A stretch of 64,000 nucleotides of DNA, taken from positions 3,040,001 through 3,104,000 of the forward strand of contig OY761158.1 in assembly GCA_963664405.1 (NCBI GenBank), read 5' to 3'. Below, in pieces: positions 37,740 through 48,241 of this stretch (position 1 is the first letter of the stretch; every line of letters starts with the position of its first letter). The position numbers were made by a program, and so were the translations under genes. Source of the stretch: Thermoanaerobaculia bacterium (lineage in GTDB: Bacteria > Acidobacteriota > Thermoanaerobaculia > Multivoradales > Multivoraceae). The notes under the pieces are model-generated. The model did no database searches. It was not told the DNA's origin and saw nothing but the letters and a program-made list of their open reading frames with translations.

Positions 37740-37938
37740 AAATCGACGAATCGCTAGCGCGAGGAAATGTCTTGTAGGGGTTCAAATCCACCATCTCAAG
37801 GATCAGAACGAGAACACGAGCTCCGTAGGAGCCATCCCAAGCCAAATCGAGGCAAACGGATTCAAGGCGTATAAGTACACCAACAGGGATGCCCTGGCTC
37901 GGTGGATCGAGGCCGCCGCCCAAGCCGCGGGCAAGTAG
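37740..37938 (+). pseudogene. C-terminal fragment of a ThsB/MTH538-like TIR protein
   Basis: 'KCLVGVQIHHLKDQNENTSSVG...LARWIEAAAQAAGK'. Confidence 0.55.
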
Positions 37939-38084
37939 CGGCAGTAAACATGAAGAGCCACGCCGGCATCACGCCGCGTCGCTCGACCCGTGCTCGATAT
38001 CGATCGAGGTGGGCTTGGAGATCCTCGAGCTCCGGAGGCCGGGTCTTCTTCCTGGGTGTCGGGAGCTTCACGACTTTCTCCACT

Positions 38085-38522
38085 TCAGATCCGGATGCGT
38101 TCGATTTCAGCGAGGGAGATGCGTTCGGGATTGCGGTTGTAGAGCTGGGTGGTGCGCGTTGAGGCGTGGCCCGCGATCTGCGCGGCAGTCTCTAGCTTCC
38201 CACCGTTGGCGAGATAGTCGGTAATGCCTGTCGCTCGAAAGGTGTGATTGCCGATCGACACCGGCAAGCCAGCGTCTTTGGCTCGACGCTTGGTCATGTG
38301 GAGTGCATCGCTTTGGCTCATCCCTCGATCGGTCAGCTCTCGGGTTTTGCCACGAACGGTGCGAAAGAGAGGCGAGGTACCCGCCTTCGCGATACCTGCA
38401 GCCTCGAGATAGGCATCAAAATACTCGACGGCCTTGTGGTGTGCCGGCACGCGGTGATACCGGCCGCTTTTCTCATGGAGCACGAACGACGCTCGGTGTC
38501 CATCAAACCCGGGCAGGTCCAA
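38085..38522 (-). pseudogene. Tyrosine recombinase C-terminal fragment
   Basis: 'HTFRATGIT', 'AGHASTRTTQLY'; N-terminal half absent. Confidence 0.88.
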
Positions 38523-38727
38523 AGAAAGAGATCGTCGCTTGTCCTTCTTTCATACTCTGGGCTAAGGCTATCGTGGAGCGCCACCAAGGGCGCTATGGAA
38601 CTGCTCTTGAGATGCGGGTACGACGGGCCGCGCTGGAGCGTCGGGTTAGGTGTGGCTCTACAGAAAATTCGATGGGACTTTCGTGTGCATAGGGCTGGGG
38701 GCTGGATGATGAAGTCTGACGACGAGA

Positions 38728-38931
38728 GGAGGGAGGCGGGGCGAGGCGGGCGAGAGCGGTGTGCCTGGGCGGGGCGTCTGGAGCGAGCGCGTGCAGAGAG
38801 ATGGTGCAGGGGGCATCGATCGAAGCGAGCGGAATACGAGGCGGCCGCATCACCGATGAACGCACTCTCAGGAGCGGCCGCCGTTCCCGGCGGGGCACAC
38901 CACTCTCGCCCGCCTCGCCCCGCCTCCCTCC
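38728..38931. repeat. MITE/REPIN-like element, copy 2, with 38-bp terminal IR
   Basis: 38728-38765 and 38894-38931 are reverse complements with one mismatch. Confidence 0.9.
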
Positions 38932-38953
38932 GGCCCGCCCGCGAAAACGTGAG

Positions 38954-39814
38954 CTATGCGGTAACAGCCGCAACGCGCCAGCGGTCGCCATTGGCGGTGA
39001 TGTGCATTGCGGTGGGGGTGTTCCAGTGGGTGCCGATGACCAGGATGCCCGAGTCGGCGTAGCGTTGGAGGAAGGAGAGGCGGGTGCGGCGGGCCAGGTC
39101 GGGGTCGATGTCGGCTCCACAGGCCCACTCGGGGTGCATGCACTGCGAGGGGTGGTGGATGAGGTCGCCGGTGATGATCGCTTCTGCGCCCGATGAGATG
39201 GTGACGCTGCAGTGGCCGGGGGTGTGGCCGGGAGTGGAGAGGAAGCCCAGCTCGCCGGTGATCTCGTGATCGGGGTCGACGAGGTCGACTAGCCCGGCGT
39301 CGAAGATCGGTTTGACCGAGTCGGCGAAGACGTCGACCTCGCCGGCGTCGTCTTTCTGCGTGCTCCAGTAGTCGTAGTCGGTGCGGGCCATCACGTAGCG
39401 GGCATTGGGGAAGGTGGGTACCCATGCGCCGTCGACGAGCTTGGTGTTCCAGCCCACGTGATCGACGTGGAGGTGGGTGCAGACGACGGTGTCGACTTTC
39501 TCCGGCGGGAAGCCGGCGTCGCTGATGTTCTCGAGAAAGGGTGTGTCCAGTTGGTCGAAGGGGGCGAAACCGCGTGACTTGCCGTTGCCGATACAGGTGT
39601 CGACGATGATCTTTCGCCCCTTTGACTCGACCAGGAAGGCCTGGATGGTGAGAAAGATCCGGCTCTCCTCGTCGATGAAGTTGGGCCGGAGCCAGTCGGT
39701 GTAGGGAGCCAGATTCTCCGGTGTCGCCTCCGGCAAGAGCCAGCGGCCCGGCATCGGTACGTTGATCTCGATCACCGGGGTCACGCTCACCGACCCGACC
39801 TTCCATCCCGTCAT
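38954..39814 (-). CDS. MBL-fold metallo-hydrolase
   Basis: 'THLHVDHVGWN', 'TPGHTPGH', 'TGDLIHH'; the upstream extension in the ORF track is not supported. Confidence 0.93.
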   Translation of the reverse strand: MTGWKVGSVSVTPVIEINVPMPGRWLLPEATPENLAPYTDWLRPNFIDEESRIFLTIQAFLVESKGRKIIVDTCIGNGKSRGFAPFDQLDTPFLENISDAGFPPEKVDTVVCTHLHVDHVGWNTKLVDGAWVPTFPNARYVMARTDYDYWSTQKDDAGEVDVFADSVKPIFDAGLVDLVDPDHEITGELGFLSTPGHTPGHCSVTISSGAEAIITGDLIHHPSQCMHPEWACGADIDPDLARRTRLSFLQRYADSGILVIGTHWNTPTAMHITANGDRWRVAAVTA

Positions 39815-39892
39815 TTCGAGCTCCCTTTCTTTCGTTAGGCTAGAATGCGACCCGGCAAACCAGCATGCAATGGTACAGAAAGGACCTCGGGT

Positions 39893-40195
39893 ATGGTCCG
39901 TAGAGAGAGTTTGCGAGGACGGCGTCAGTTTCTGAAGATGTTGGCTGCGAGTCCGCTGCTCAGGTATGTGGGTCTGCCGCCGCTGCTTGGTCTCGGGCCC
40001 GGCGCTGACGCTGTTGCGATCGGGCGCCCCTACGCATGGGGTCTGGCGAGCTTTGGCCAGGACGGAGTCGAGAAGGTGCTCGATATCCTCCACTTCGAGC
40101 TCATGCTGATCATGAAACAGATGGGCACGAGATCGATCGAAGAGATCCGGCGCGGTGGCTGGGTGGTGGACCGCCGGACGGGCAAACGGTTGTAG
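39893..40195 (+). pseudogene. FMN-dependent alpha-hydroxy-acid oxidase with a large internal deletion
   Basis: Tat-like 'RRQFLK' joined directly to C-terminal 'GADAVAIGRPYAWGLASFGQDGVEKVLDIL'. Confidence 0.8.
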
Positions 40196-40213
40196 GCGCA
40201 CAGGAGAAGTCGT

Positions 40214-40783
40214 ATGTCGCTTCGGGTAGGAACACTTGCGATCGTGCTTTCGATCTCGTCTCTGGTGGTGGTGCCGCTGGTGGCCCAGACGGCGACGGCT
40301 GAATTCAGCATTTCCGGCACCTCTACAGTACGGGCGTGGACCTGCACGGCCGAGGGAGCGATGGAGATCGAGCCGGGCAGCTCGAGCGAACCGGTTCCTG
40401 GATTCCCGAGCGGAGTCGAGGCCGTCTCCATCGTTGTTTCGGTGGCGGCGATCGAATGCCCGGAAGAAGACATGATGGAGCACCTCCAGGAGGCCCTGGA
40501 AGAGCCCGAATACCCGGAGATCACCTATCGCCTCGAGGAGTACAGCTTCAAGACCGAAAACAGCGCCGAGGCGACCGGCACGATGACGATCCACGGCACT
40601 CCCAAACCGATCACCTTCGACATCCAGCTCGAAGAGAGCGCCGGGGGCGTTCGGGGGGTGGGCGAGACTTCGATCGACATGACCGAGTTCGGAGTCGAGC
40701 CGCCTTCGGTGTGGCTGGGAATGCTCAACGTCGGCGAGGTCGTCACCATCAAGTTCATGGCGTTGCTCCCGGCCGCCCAGTAG
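40214..40783 (+). CDS. YceI-family secreted protein
   Basis: Signal peptide; 'ISGTSTVRAW', 'EYPEITY', 'GTMTIHGTPKPI', 'IDMTEFGVEPP'. Confidence 0.88.
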   Translation: MSLRVGTLAIVLSISSLVVVPLVAQTATAEFSISGTSTVRAWTCTAEGAMEIEPGSSSEPVPGFPSGVEAVSIVVSVAAIECPEEDMMEHLQEALEEPEYPEITYRLEEYSFKTENSAEATGTMTIHGTPKPITFDIQLEESAGGVRGVGETSIDMTEFGVEPPSVWLGMLNVGEVVTIKFMALLPAAQ

Positions 40784-40793
40784 AGTTGGCCGA

Positions 40794-41287
40794 ATGTCCC
40801 GAACATCTCTTCCAATACTCACTCGAGCTGCAGCTCTCTCTGCCTTGATAGCGAGCTCCGCCTTCGCTCAGAGCGCGGAGTCTTCGTATCAACTCCAAGA
40901 GGGCTGGGCGCAGCTTCCCGACGGCGTAGAGGCGTGGGGTCAGACGATCGGAATCGATCTCGATGCCGCGAGCAACCTATGGGTCTTTCATCGCTGCTTC
41001 GCGAACAATTGCGTCGGGCTCGATGACGTCCCAGCGGTGCTCCGGTACGACCCCTCGGGCGAACTGATCGACAGCTGGGGTCGAGGGATGTTCGTGTGGC
41101 CGCATGGCTTCTTCGTCGATGCCGAAGAACATCTGGACCACCGACGCTCGCGGGGAAGGCGGCCGCGGTCGGCTTCATCCCCGACGCGCTCCCCGAGGGA
41201 GTGGCTGTTGACGCGGGGGGAAATGTTTACGCGGCGGAGGTCACGGGCCGCAATCTCAAGAAGCTCGCAAGCGGTAGGGGCGACTGA
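40794..41287 (+). pseudogene. NHL-repeat (PAL-like) protein with frameshift and internal deletion
   Basis: 'WGRGMFVWPHGFFVD', 'IWTTD', then C-terminal 'EGVAVDAGGNVYAAEV'. Confidence 0.78.
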
Positions 41288-41318
41288 GCCGCGCCCGCCG
41301 CCGCGGGGCTGAATCACC

Positions 41319-42356
41319 TTGTTTGAACACGAGCGCGCTATCGGCGCCCAGGCCGACATCCATCACGCCTACTTCTTGGGCCTGCAGCTCATGGTCTCGA
41401 CCCGGGAGGGCGCCGAGGTCGTCGGCGACTGGATGTTCAGGCTCTTTCGTCGCCAACACGAGGAGAAGTTCCTCTCCAGCTTCGACAAGCTCGGCTTGCG
41501 GGGCCTACCCGACGCGGTCGCCTGTGCTCGATACCACGTGCTCTCGAACAGCATGGGAGGGGTGCCGGTGGAATACATGGAGGAATCGGACACCAAGGCC
41601 TGGGTGCGGTTTCGCTATCCGCGCTGGATGTTCGACGGACCGACGCTCTGTGGGGTTCCCGTCGAGGCGAGCCGCGGGTTCCTCAGAGGCTGGTATGCGC
41701 ACAATGGCGTGTCGCTCGGCAATCCGCGCCTGGGATTCGTCTGCGTGTCCGAGGACATGACCGGGGAGTTCGGTTTCTGCGGCTACTTCAAGGAGTTCGA
41801 CCATGTCCTCTCCGAGGGCGAACGTCTGAGCTTCGCCCAGTGCGAGCTACCGCCTCCGTTCGATGCCGCAGCTCAGCCGCAGCCACCGGCCGAAGAGTGG
41901 AGTGAAGAGCGCCTCGCCAAGGCGACACGCAACTATGCGGTCGAGTATGTGCGCAACGGTATCCGTGAGCTGGTCGGCGTCCTCGGCCGCGAGCGCGCCC
42001 TCGAGCTCGGTCGCCTCGCCGCCCGATTGACCGGCCTGCAGTATTTTCGGCAGCTGGCCGACGCGGTTGGCGCCAAGGATGGCGATGCCGGGGATACGGC
42101 GCGATTTCTGGCGGCCATGTTCCAGGGTATGGGTGACGAGGTGAGCGTGGTCGTTGACGAGGGTGGGCGGCACGCATCCCTGACCCAGCGCGGGCTGCGG
42201 GTCGCGCGCGGCCTTTCTGGCGCGGATCGCGCCGACCTGATCGAATGTTGGGCCGAGCTCTGGCGCGGCACGGTCCATTCTCACCGGCGCCTCAAGACCG
42301 TGGAGGCGACGGCTTGCCCCGACCGGATCGAGTGGGTGATCGAGGACAGGCACTAA
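41319..42356 (+). CDS. Hypothetical protein
   Basis: 345-aa ORF with typical codon usage; no motif recognised. Confidence 0.8.
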   Translation: MFEHERAIGAQADIHHAYFLGLQLMVSTREGAEVVGDWMFRLFRRQHEEKFLSSFDKLGLRGLPDAVACARYHVLSNSMGGVPVEYMEESDTKAWVRFRYPRWMFDGPTLCGVPVEASRGFLRGWYAHNGVSLGNPRLGFVCVSEDMTGEFGFCGYFKEFDHVLSEGERLSFAQCELPPPFDAAAQPQPPAEEWSEERLAKATRNYAVEYVRNGIRELVGVLGRERALELGRLAARLTGLQYFRQLADAVGAKDGDAGDTARFLAAMFQGMGDEVSVVVDEGGRHASLTQRGLRVARGLSGADRADLIECWAELWRGTVHSHRRLKTVEATACPDRIEWVIEDRH

Positions 42357-42380
42357 GAGTCGCGGGATCACTTACCAGGG

Positions 42381-42548
42381 CTAGTGGACCGTAACACCCA
42401 AACGTTTAGCGCCTGAGTGGCCCTCGCGGCCGATCTCTGCGTTACGCTTCCTCGACATAGTCCCCGCTATGCCTGCGTCAGCGCGCCTTGATCTCGACCA
42501 CGAATGACTCACTCAGCCACTAAACGTTCGAGTGTTACGGTCCACTAG
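42381..42548. mobile_element. 168-bp MITE with about 39-bp terminal IRs and CTAG ends
   Basis: CTAGTGGACCGTAACACCCAAACGTTTAG... / ...CTAAACGTTCGAGTGTTACGGTCCACTAG. Confidence 0.85.
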
Positions 42549-44307
42549 ATCCGTGTCTCGCGATCAGATAGATGGCAAACGCTGCGATCCCGGCGACCAG
42601 CACAGAGCCGGCGTTGAGAAAGCCGGTCCGGGCGTAGCTCACGATCAGGTAGCCAAGCGAACCGGATAGCAGTGCGTAGTAGAGGAAGGCGACGCCAGTG
42701 AGGCGGATGACCGCGCCCTCCCGTCCGAGCAGGCCGACCACGGCCGATGCGGCGACGACGTTGTGTACGCAGATCATGTTGCCCGCGGCCCCGCCTACGG
42801 CCTGCAGTGCGACCACCCAGGTCGGGTCGACTCCGATTCGCTGGCCCATGTCGAACTGAAAGAGCGAGAACATCATGTTGCTGACGGTGTTCGATCCCGC
42901 GACAGCGGCACCGATGCCGCCGATAAAGGGCGAGAAGATCGGCCACGCCGAGCCGACCAGCGCGGCGACCCCGTCGGCCAGCGCGATCGGCATGCGCTCG
43001 TAACCGGCGGCCCCGCCGTAGCTGTTGATAAAGATCTGCACCATGGGAACGGTGAAGACCAACGCTACCGATGCGGCTGCGGTCACCTTGAGAGATGAAA
43101 CCCACGACGCCTTGTAGGAGCCGGAGGGAATCTGGTGCAGCTTCCAGGTGAGGAGAGAGGCTACAACGAAGACGGTTCCCGGTAGAAACAGCGGCTGAAC
43201 GCTGGCCGAGACTTCGGTGCCGAAGATATTGGGCCAGCTGATGGTCCAAGCTTGGAGCCAGCCGCCGAAGGGAAGCCCGCGCAGCCGGGTGACCAGGAGA
43301 AGCACAGCGACGATCACGTAGGGCAACCAAGCCTTGAACATGCTCATCGAGCCGCTGGCGTGAGTGACCTCCTTGGTTTCGATCGAGCCGGTCCAGTCGG
43401 CTGGCCAGTTCTCCTTCTTGTCAAAGTCCCACGCGTCTTCAGGTGCCGGGACCAGAAAGCCGCGGCGAGAGGCGGTGACGACGATGGCCAGTCCGATCAG
43501 ACTGCCGAGCAGAGCGGGGAACTCCGGCCCCAGAAAGTAGGCCGCTGCGACGTAAGGAATCGTCATCGCGAAGGCGGCGAAGAGGGCGAATTTCCAGACT
43601 TGGAGCCCCTCGGCGAGGGAGCGATTCTTGCCGAAGAAACGGGTCATCGTTGCTACCAGAATGAGCGGTACCAGCGTTCCGGCGGCGGCGTGAAGGATAG
43701 CGACCTTGAAGCCGATGAAGGCCAGGAAATCGGTCCACTCGGCATAGCCGAGCTGAGCCGCGTACTCCTGAAGCGCCGGGTCAGCCGAGAGGCCGGTGCT
43801 GACACCGACGAGGATCGGGGTGCCGGCCGCACCGAAGCTCACCGGCGTGCTCTGGATGATCATGCCCGCGGTGACCGCTGCCATACCGGGAAAGCCCAGG
43901 CCCACCAGTAGCGGCACCGCAACGGCCGCCGGTGTGCCGAAGCCGGCCGATCCTTCGATGAAGGCGCCGAACAACCAAGCGACGATGATGACCTGCACTC
44001 GCCGGTCAGGAGTGATGTCGATGAATCCTTGGCGAATGGTCTTTAGAGCGCCGCTCTCTTGCAGCGTGTTGAGCAGCAGGATGGCGCCGAAGATGATGTA
44101 GAGCAACGTGAAGGCCACGATCAGGCCATTGATCGACGCGGCGACGACCTGCAGAGCCGGTACCTGCCATACAAAGAGTGCAAGGACGATCGCGACCGCC
44201 AGCGAGAGTGGCATGGCACGGCTCGCCGGCCAGCGAAGACCGACCAGAAAGACAGCGACCGTAATGATCGGTAGCAGCGAAAGGACCGAGAGAGTCGCAG
44301 CGTTCAT
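42535..44307 (-). CDS. lctP: L-lactate permease
   Basis: Many TM helices; '[14 protein letters not shown]', '[11 protein letters not shown]', '[10 protein letters not shown]', '[15 protein letters not shown]'. Confidence 0.92.
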   Translation of the reverse strand: MNAATLSVLSLLPIITVAVFLVGLRWPASRAMPLSLAVAIVLALFVWQVPALQVVAASINGLIVAFTLLYIIFGAILLLNTLQESGALKTIRQGFIDITPDRRVQVIIVAWLFGAFIEGSAGFGTPAAVAVPLLVGLGFPGMAAVTAGMIIQSTPVSFGAAGTPILVGVSTGLSADPALQEYAAQLGYAEWTDFLAFIGFKVAILHAAAGTLVPLILVATMTRFFGKNRSLAEGLQVWKFALFAAFAMTIPYVAAAYFLGPEFPALLGSLIGLAIVVTASRRGFLVPAPEDAWDFDKKENWPADWTGSIETKEVTHASGSMSMFKAWLPYVIVAVLLLVTRLRGLPFGGWLQAWTISWPNIFGTEVSASVQPLFLPGTVFVVASLLTWKLHQIPSGSYKASWVSSLKVTAAASVALVFTVPMVQIFINSYGGAAGYERMPIALADGVAALVGSAWPIFSPFIGGIGAAVAGSNTVSNMMFSLFQFDMGQRIGVDPTWVVALQAVGGAAGNMICVHNVVAASAVVGLLGREGAVIRLTGVAFLYYALLSGSLGYLIVSYARTGFLNAGSVLVAGIAAFAIYLIARHGSSGP

Positions 44308-44741
44308 TGAGGTTCGTCCAATCTAGGGAAGAGACCGGAGAAGAATCGCTCCGACTCCACGATCGCGGTAAATTACGAAACTGGCAAGAGAGACAGGAAA
44401 CGCAATTGTAGACTCCCGAGGTCCGTTGTGACAACGATGGCCCGATGGCTCTAGACCGGTCGGTCTATTCCGGTGCTAACATCCCGCCGTCAACGAGAAT
44501 GAGCTTCGAGACCCTAGATCCGGCGAGTCCGCCGGGTGGCCGAATCGATCGAGCCTCTAGGAGCGACGGAGGGGGCGCCGGCACGCCGCGACGATCTCCC
44601 GGCCGGTGTCGAGTTGCTGCGCGAAGGCGACGGCATCCGGGTCGTAAACGTGGGCTGACGCCGCTCTCGGTGGGTGCCTGTCCACTCTCGGCGAGCATGT
44701 AGAGTAGTGGTCCCAGCCAGCCGTCAGCAGAGGAGGAACCG

Positions 44742-45959
44742 ATGCCAGCCCTCGATGGAATGCGAATTCTCGACCTCACCCAGTACGAAGCAGGAACTTC
44801 GTGTACGCAGGCTCTGGCCTGGATGGGAGCGGATGTAGTGAAGGTAGAGCGCCCGGGCGTCGGCGACCCCGGGCGAGGAGCCCTCGACCCCAATAGTGTC
44901 GAGGACTCAGAGTACTTTCTCAACTGGAACAGCAATAAGCGCAGCGTGACGATCGCGTTGGACAGACCCGAGGGCCGTGAGCTCCTGCTGCGAATGGCAC
45001 CGGCTTACGACGCAGTCGTCGAGAACTTCGGTCCGGGTGTGGTGGAGAAGTTGGGTGTTGCGTACGAGGACTTCACCGAAGTGCATCCCGAGATCATCTA
45101 TGCGCGGATCAAGGGCTTCGGCTCGAGCGGCCCGTATGCCGAGTACAAGTGTTTCGACCCGGTGGCGCAGGCGACCGGCGGTGCGATGTCGGTGACCGGA
45201 GACGAAGATGGGCCGCCGGTGAAACCTGGCGCGACGATCGGCGACTCCGGCACCGGCGTTCAGATGGCCTTGGCTCTCTGTGCCGCCTACGTTCAGAAGC
45301 TGCGCACCGGTCGCGGCCAGCTGGTCGAGCTGTCGATGCAAGAAGCCCTCACCTATTACATGCGCACCAGCATCGCGATGGGCTCCAACTTCGGTCGCCG
45401 AGCTACCCCGCGTCGGAGCAACGGCTTCGGCGCCGTCGCTACCCTCTATCCCACCAAGGGCGGTGGACCGAACGACTACCTCTACATCATGGCCATCACT
45501 CCTCGCATGTGGTCCTCGCTGTGCGAGGCGATGGGCCGCCCGGAGCTGATCGAGGACCCACGATTCGTCAAGGCGAAGCTGCGTCGCGAGAACGAAGAGG
45601 CTCTCAAAGAAGAGATCGCAGCGTGGATGCTCAGCCACGACAAGCACGAGGCGATGCGCATCCTCGGCGAGGCGGGAGTGCCGGCGGGTGCGGTCTTCGA
45701 CACCGTCGACCTCTTCGAGGATCCTCACCTCCAAGCACGCGGCTTCATCAAATCGGTCCCCCACCCCGAGCGCGGCTCGATTCGCCTGCTGGGCTGGCCG
45801 GCAAGGATGTCCGCCAGCGAGGTCCCCCTCGAAGCGGCCCCTTTGCTCGGCCGCGACACCGACGAGGTGCTCGCCGCAGACCTCGGTCTCGATGCCGAAC
45901 AGATCGCAGCGCTGCGCACCGACGGAGTGCTCGGTGACGAGGCGACGGAGCCCGAGTAG
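44742..45959 (+). CDS. Family III CoA transferase (formyl-CoA transferase-like)
   Basis: 'LDLTQYEAGTSCTQALAWMGADVVKVE', 'NSNKRS', 'ENFGPG', 'IGDSGTG'. Confidence 0.93.
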   Translation: MPALDGMRILDLTQYEAGTSCTQALAWMGADVVKVERPGVGDPGRGALDPNSVEDSEYFLNWNSNKRSVTIALDRPEGRELLLRMAPAYDAVVENFGPGVVEKLGVAYEDFTEVHPEIIYARIKGFGSSGPYAEYKCFDPVAQATGGAMSVTGDEDGPPVKPGATIGDSGTGVQMALALCAAYVQKLRTGRGQLVELSMQEALTYYMRTSIAMGSNFGRRATPRRSNGFGAVATLYPTKGGGPNDYLYIMAITPRMWSSLCEAMGRPELIEDPRFVKAKLRRENEEALKEEIAAWMLSHDKHEAMRILGEAGVPAGAVFDTVDLFEDPHLQARGFIKSVPHPERGSIRLLGWPARMSASEVPLEAAPLLGRDTDEVLAADLGLDAEQIAALRTDGVLGDEATEPE

Positions 45960-46037
45960 GTCGCGGCGGGGGGGCGTCTTGTTACCAATCACCAGAACGG
46001 GCTCGTGATTCCTCATAGCTCGAGCTCGAATTCTGGG

Positions 46038-46748
46038 TCAGTCGCGCCAGAGGAAGCCGTTGCCTGTGGTTCTATACGTGCGCCTGAAAGTGACCACGGG
46101 TTCAACGCCTTTTGCCGACATCCTTGGTCCCAGGACCAGGTGCTTCGGGTCTTCGGCATGTCTTTGACGGGCTGCCTCGTCGGTAGTCCCCATCACGAAA
46201 ATCAGATCTCCCTTCTTGACGTCAATCTCGCGGTCGGCGTCCGCGGCGGCAATACCTCCACTGTAGATCAGCGTATCCGGCTCGTTATCCCGGCAGTAGT
46301 CCGCGTGTTCTGCCGACAAACGAATAAACGCCTCGAGAGCGTCGGTCTCGAGTCGGAGCCCCACCACGATCAGCATGCACCCTGTGTCGGTACTGGCACT
46401 TCCCGATCCGGGCCGCCCCCACCAGCCGTAATCGGGCAGGTCTACAAACCGGGTGCTCATGACGCGACGCTTGGTCATGTTTGCCGCTCCCATCGTTTCC
46501 ATGAGAGCCGCATGAGCAGGCCGTTCGCTGTGAGCCTTCAGGCTGCTGGAACCGTTCTGGTAACGCTCATAGACGAGAACGTTGAGCTCGTTCTCCACGT
46601 TCACACTGGCGGCGTAGGCGGTGGTCTCCGGCTCTCCGTCCCGTGCGTCCTCGGCTCGTTTGTTCCACACCTCCAGCCAGTCAGTCAGTGATGTGGTCTC
46701 CGGTCGAATCTGAAACTCGACCAGTGCGGTCATGGATTCATTAGTCAT
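46038..46748 (-). CDS. Two-domain ABM (antibiotic biosynthesis monooxygenase-like) protein
   Basis: Internal duplication 'GEPETTAY' / 'NEPDTLIY'; 'VYERY...AHSERPAH'. Confidence 0.75.
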   Translation of the reverse strand: MTNESMTALVEFQIRPETTSLTDWLEVWNKRAEDARDGEPETTAYAASVNVENELNVLVYERYQNGSSSLKAHSERPAHAALMETMGAANMTKRRVMSTRFVDLPDYGWWGRPGSGSASTDTGCMLIVVGLRLETDALEAFIRLSAEHADYCRDNEPDTLIYSGGIAAADADREIDVKKGDLIFVMGTTDEAARQRHAEDPKHLVLGPRMSAKGVEPVVTFRRTYRTTGNGFLWRD

Positions 46749-46948
46749 ACCATCTCCTTGCTTCCATGCTGCTCGGCAGGGTCCGGTATGTTACCCCCTG
46801 ACTGTAACCGTCCCTCTGGCCCCGTTCAGCGAGGCTGGTGGATCGTGAGCCACCTCGATCTGGAGGTCTTCCATCAGGGAGACCTTGTTGACGGGTGAGG
46901 CGACGGTGCGCGAGCATGGGTGAAACTTCGAGTCGGGAGGAGGCTGGC

Positions 46949-47809
46949 ATGGGTGTATTGGACGGTAAGGTGGCGATCATCACCGGGGCGGGAAACGGGA
47001 TCGGCAAGGAGCACGCCCTGCTCTTTGCGCGCGAAGGGGCCAGAGTGCTGGTGAACGATCCGGGTGGGGACCGTCATGGGTCGGGAACGTCGGGGGCTGC
47101 CGAGAAGGTGGTCGAGGAGATTCGGGCTGAGGGGGGTGAGGCGGTGGCTAGCCTCGTTCCGGTCGGCGACAGGGCGGCTGCCGAGAAGATTGTTGGCGAG
47201 GCCGTCGAGGCCTTCGGCAAGGTCGATATTCTGGTCAATAACGCCGGTATTCTTCGTGATCGCACGATCCTAAAGACTTCTGAGGAGGAATGGGATCAAG
47301 TTCTGGAGGTCCACCTCAAGGGTAGCTTCATGATGATGCAGGCGGCGGCGCTGCAGATGCGGGAGCAGGGCTGGGGCGGACGCATCATCCATACCTCTTC
47401 CGGCTCAGGGCTCCTGGGCAACTTCGGCCAGGCCAACTATGGAGCGGCGAAGGCCGGAATGTGGGCGCTCACCCGTATCGGGGCGATGGAGCTGGCCCAC
47501 TACCAGATCACCGTCAACGCCATCGCGCCCATGGCCTACACGCGGATGACCGAGGACCTGGTCGGTAATCGTGGTCTCGACCCCGAGGAGCGCGTCGAAA
47601 GCCAGGGGCCGCAGCACATTGCACCTCTCGTCGCCTACTTGGCCTCGGACAAGGCCGCGGCGGTCAGCGGTGAGGTTTTCGGTGTCGGCGGTACCCGCGT
47701 CTTCATCTATAAGATGATGGTCACCCGGGGCATAGAAAAGCGCGGCACCGCCGAGCCCTGGACGCAGGACGAGCTCGCCGCTACATTCGATCGCGCTCTA
47801 CGCGTGTAG
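46949..47809 (+). CDS. Short-chain dehydrogenase/reductase
   Basis: 'TGAGNGIG', 'NNAGILRD', 'GNFGQANYGAAK'. Confidence 0.94.
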   Translation: MGVLDGKVAIITGAGNGIGKEHALLFAREGARVLVNDPGGDRHGSGTSGAAEKVVEEIRAEGGEAVASLVPVGDRAAAEKIVGEAVEAFGKVDILVNNAGILRDRTILKTSEEEWDQVLEVHLKGSFMMMQAAALQMREQGWGGRIIHTSSGSGLLGNFGQANYGAAKAGMWALTRIGAMELAHYQITVNAIAPMAYTRMTEDLVGNRGLDPEERVESQGPQHIAPLVAYLASDKAAAVSGEVFGVGGTRVFIYKMMVTRGIEKRGTAEPWTQDELAATFDRALRV

Positions 47810-47849
47810 GCATCCTCCGGCGGCCGTTGTCGCAGGGGACGACCGCAGG

Positions 47850-47952
47850 GGGGTCTTGGGGCCCGGGGTGCTCCGCGCGTTGGGTGGGCCCTCGTGGTGA
47901 AGCCGAGTGGTGCTCGAATAGTTATGCTGCGCACCCCGGCCCCCAAGACCCC
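47850..47952. repeat. Intergenic REP-like inverted repeat (22-bp arms)
   Basis: GGGGTCTTGGGGCCCGGGGTGC / GCACCCCGGCCCCCAAGACCCC, one mismatch, between convergent genes. Confidence 0.8.
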
Positions 47953-48241
47953 TTCGGCGGCCTGCGAGCCTGCCCCAACGAACGCCGGAGATCCTCCACG
48001 CAGTGCTCGCGCGCCATCGGTGCCTCGGAGTAGTTGCGCTGTATCAGGAATGTGAACCGTCTCCGCAGTCCGACACTCACGTTGAGCTGGCACTGTCACG
48101 AAGGCCGGTGAGCGGCTCTGGTGTGCGGGGCCGGGCCCGGGGGCCTCCGCGAGCGGGGGAACGGGGGAGTGAGGGAGTGAAGGAGTGAAGACTAGGATCC
48201 GTAGAGGCTTCCCCACTCTTATTTTTCACTTTTTCACTTTC

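Noticed and set aside
38954-40822. 622-aa ORF as a fusion protein
   Set aside because: The N-terminal 335 aa are antisense to yceI and the oxidase remnant; the real gene starts at 39814
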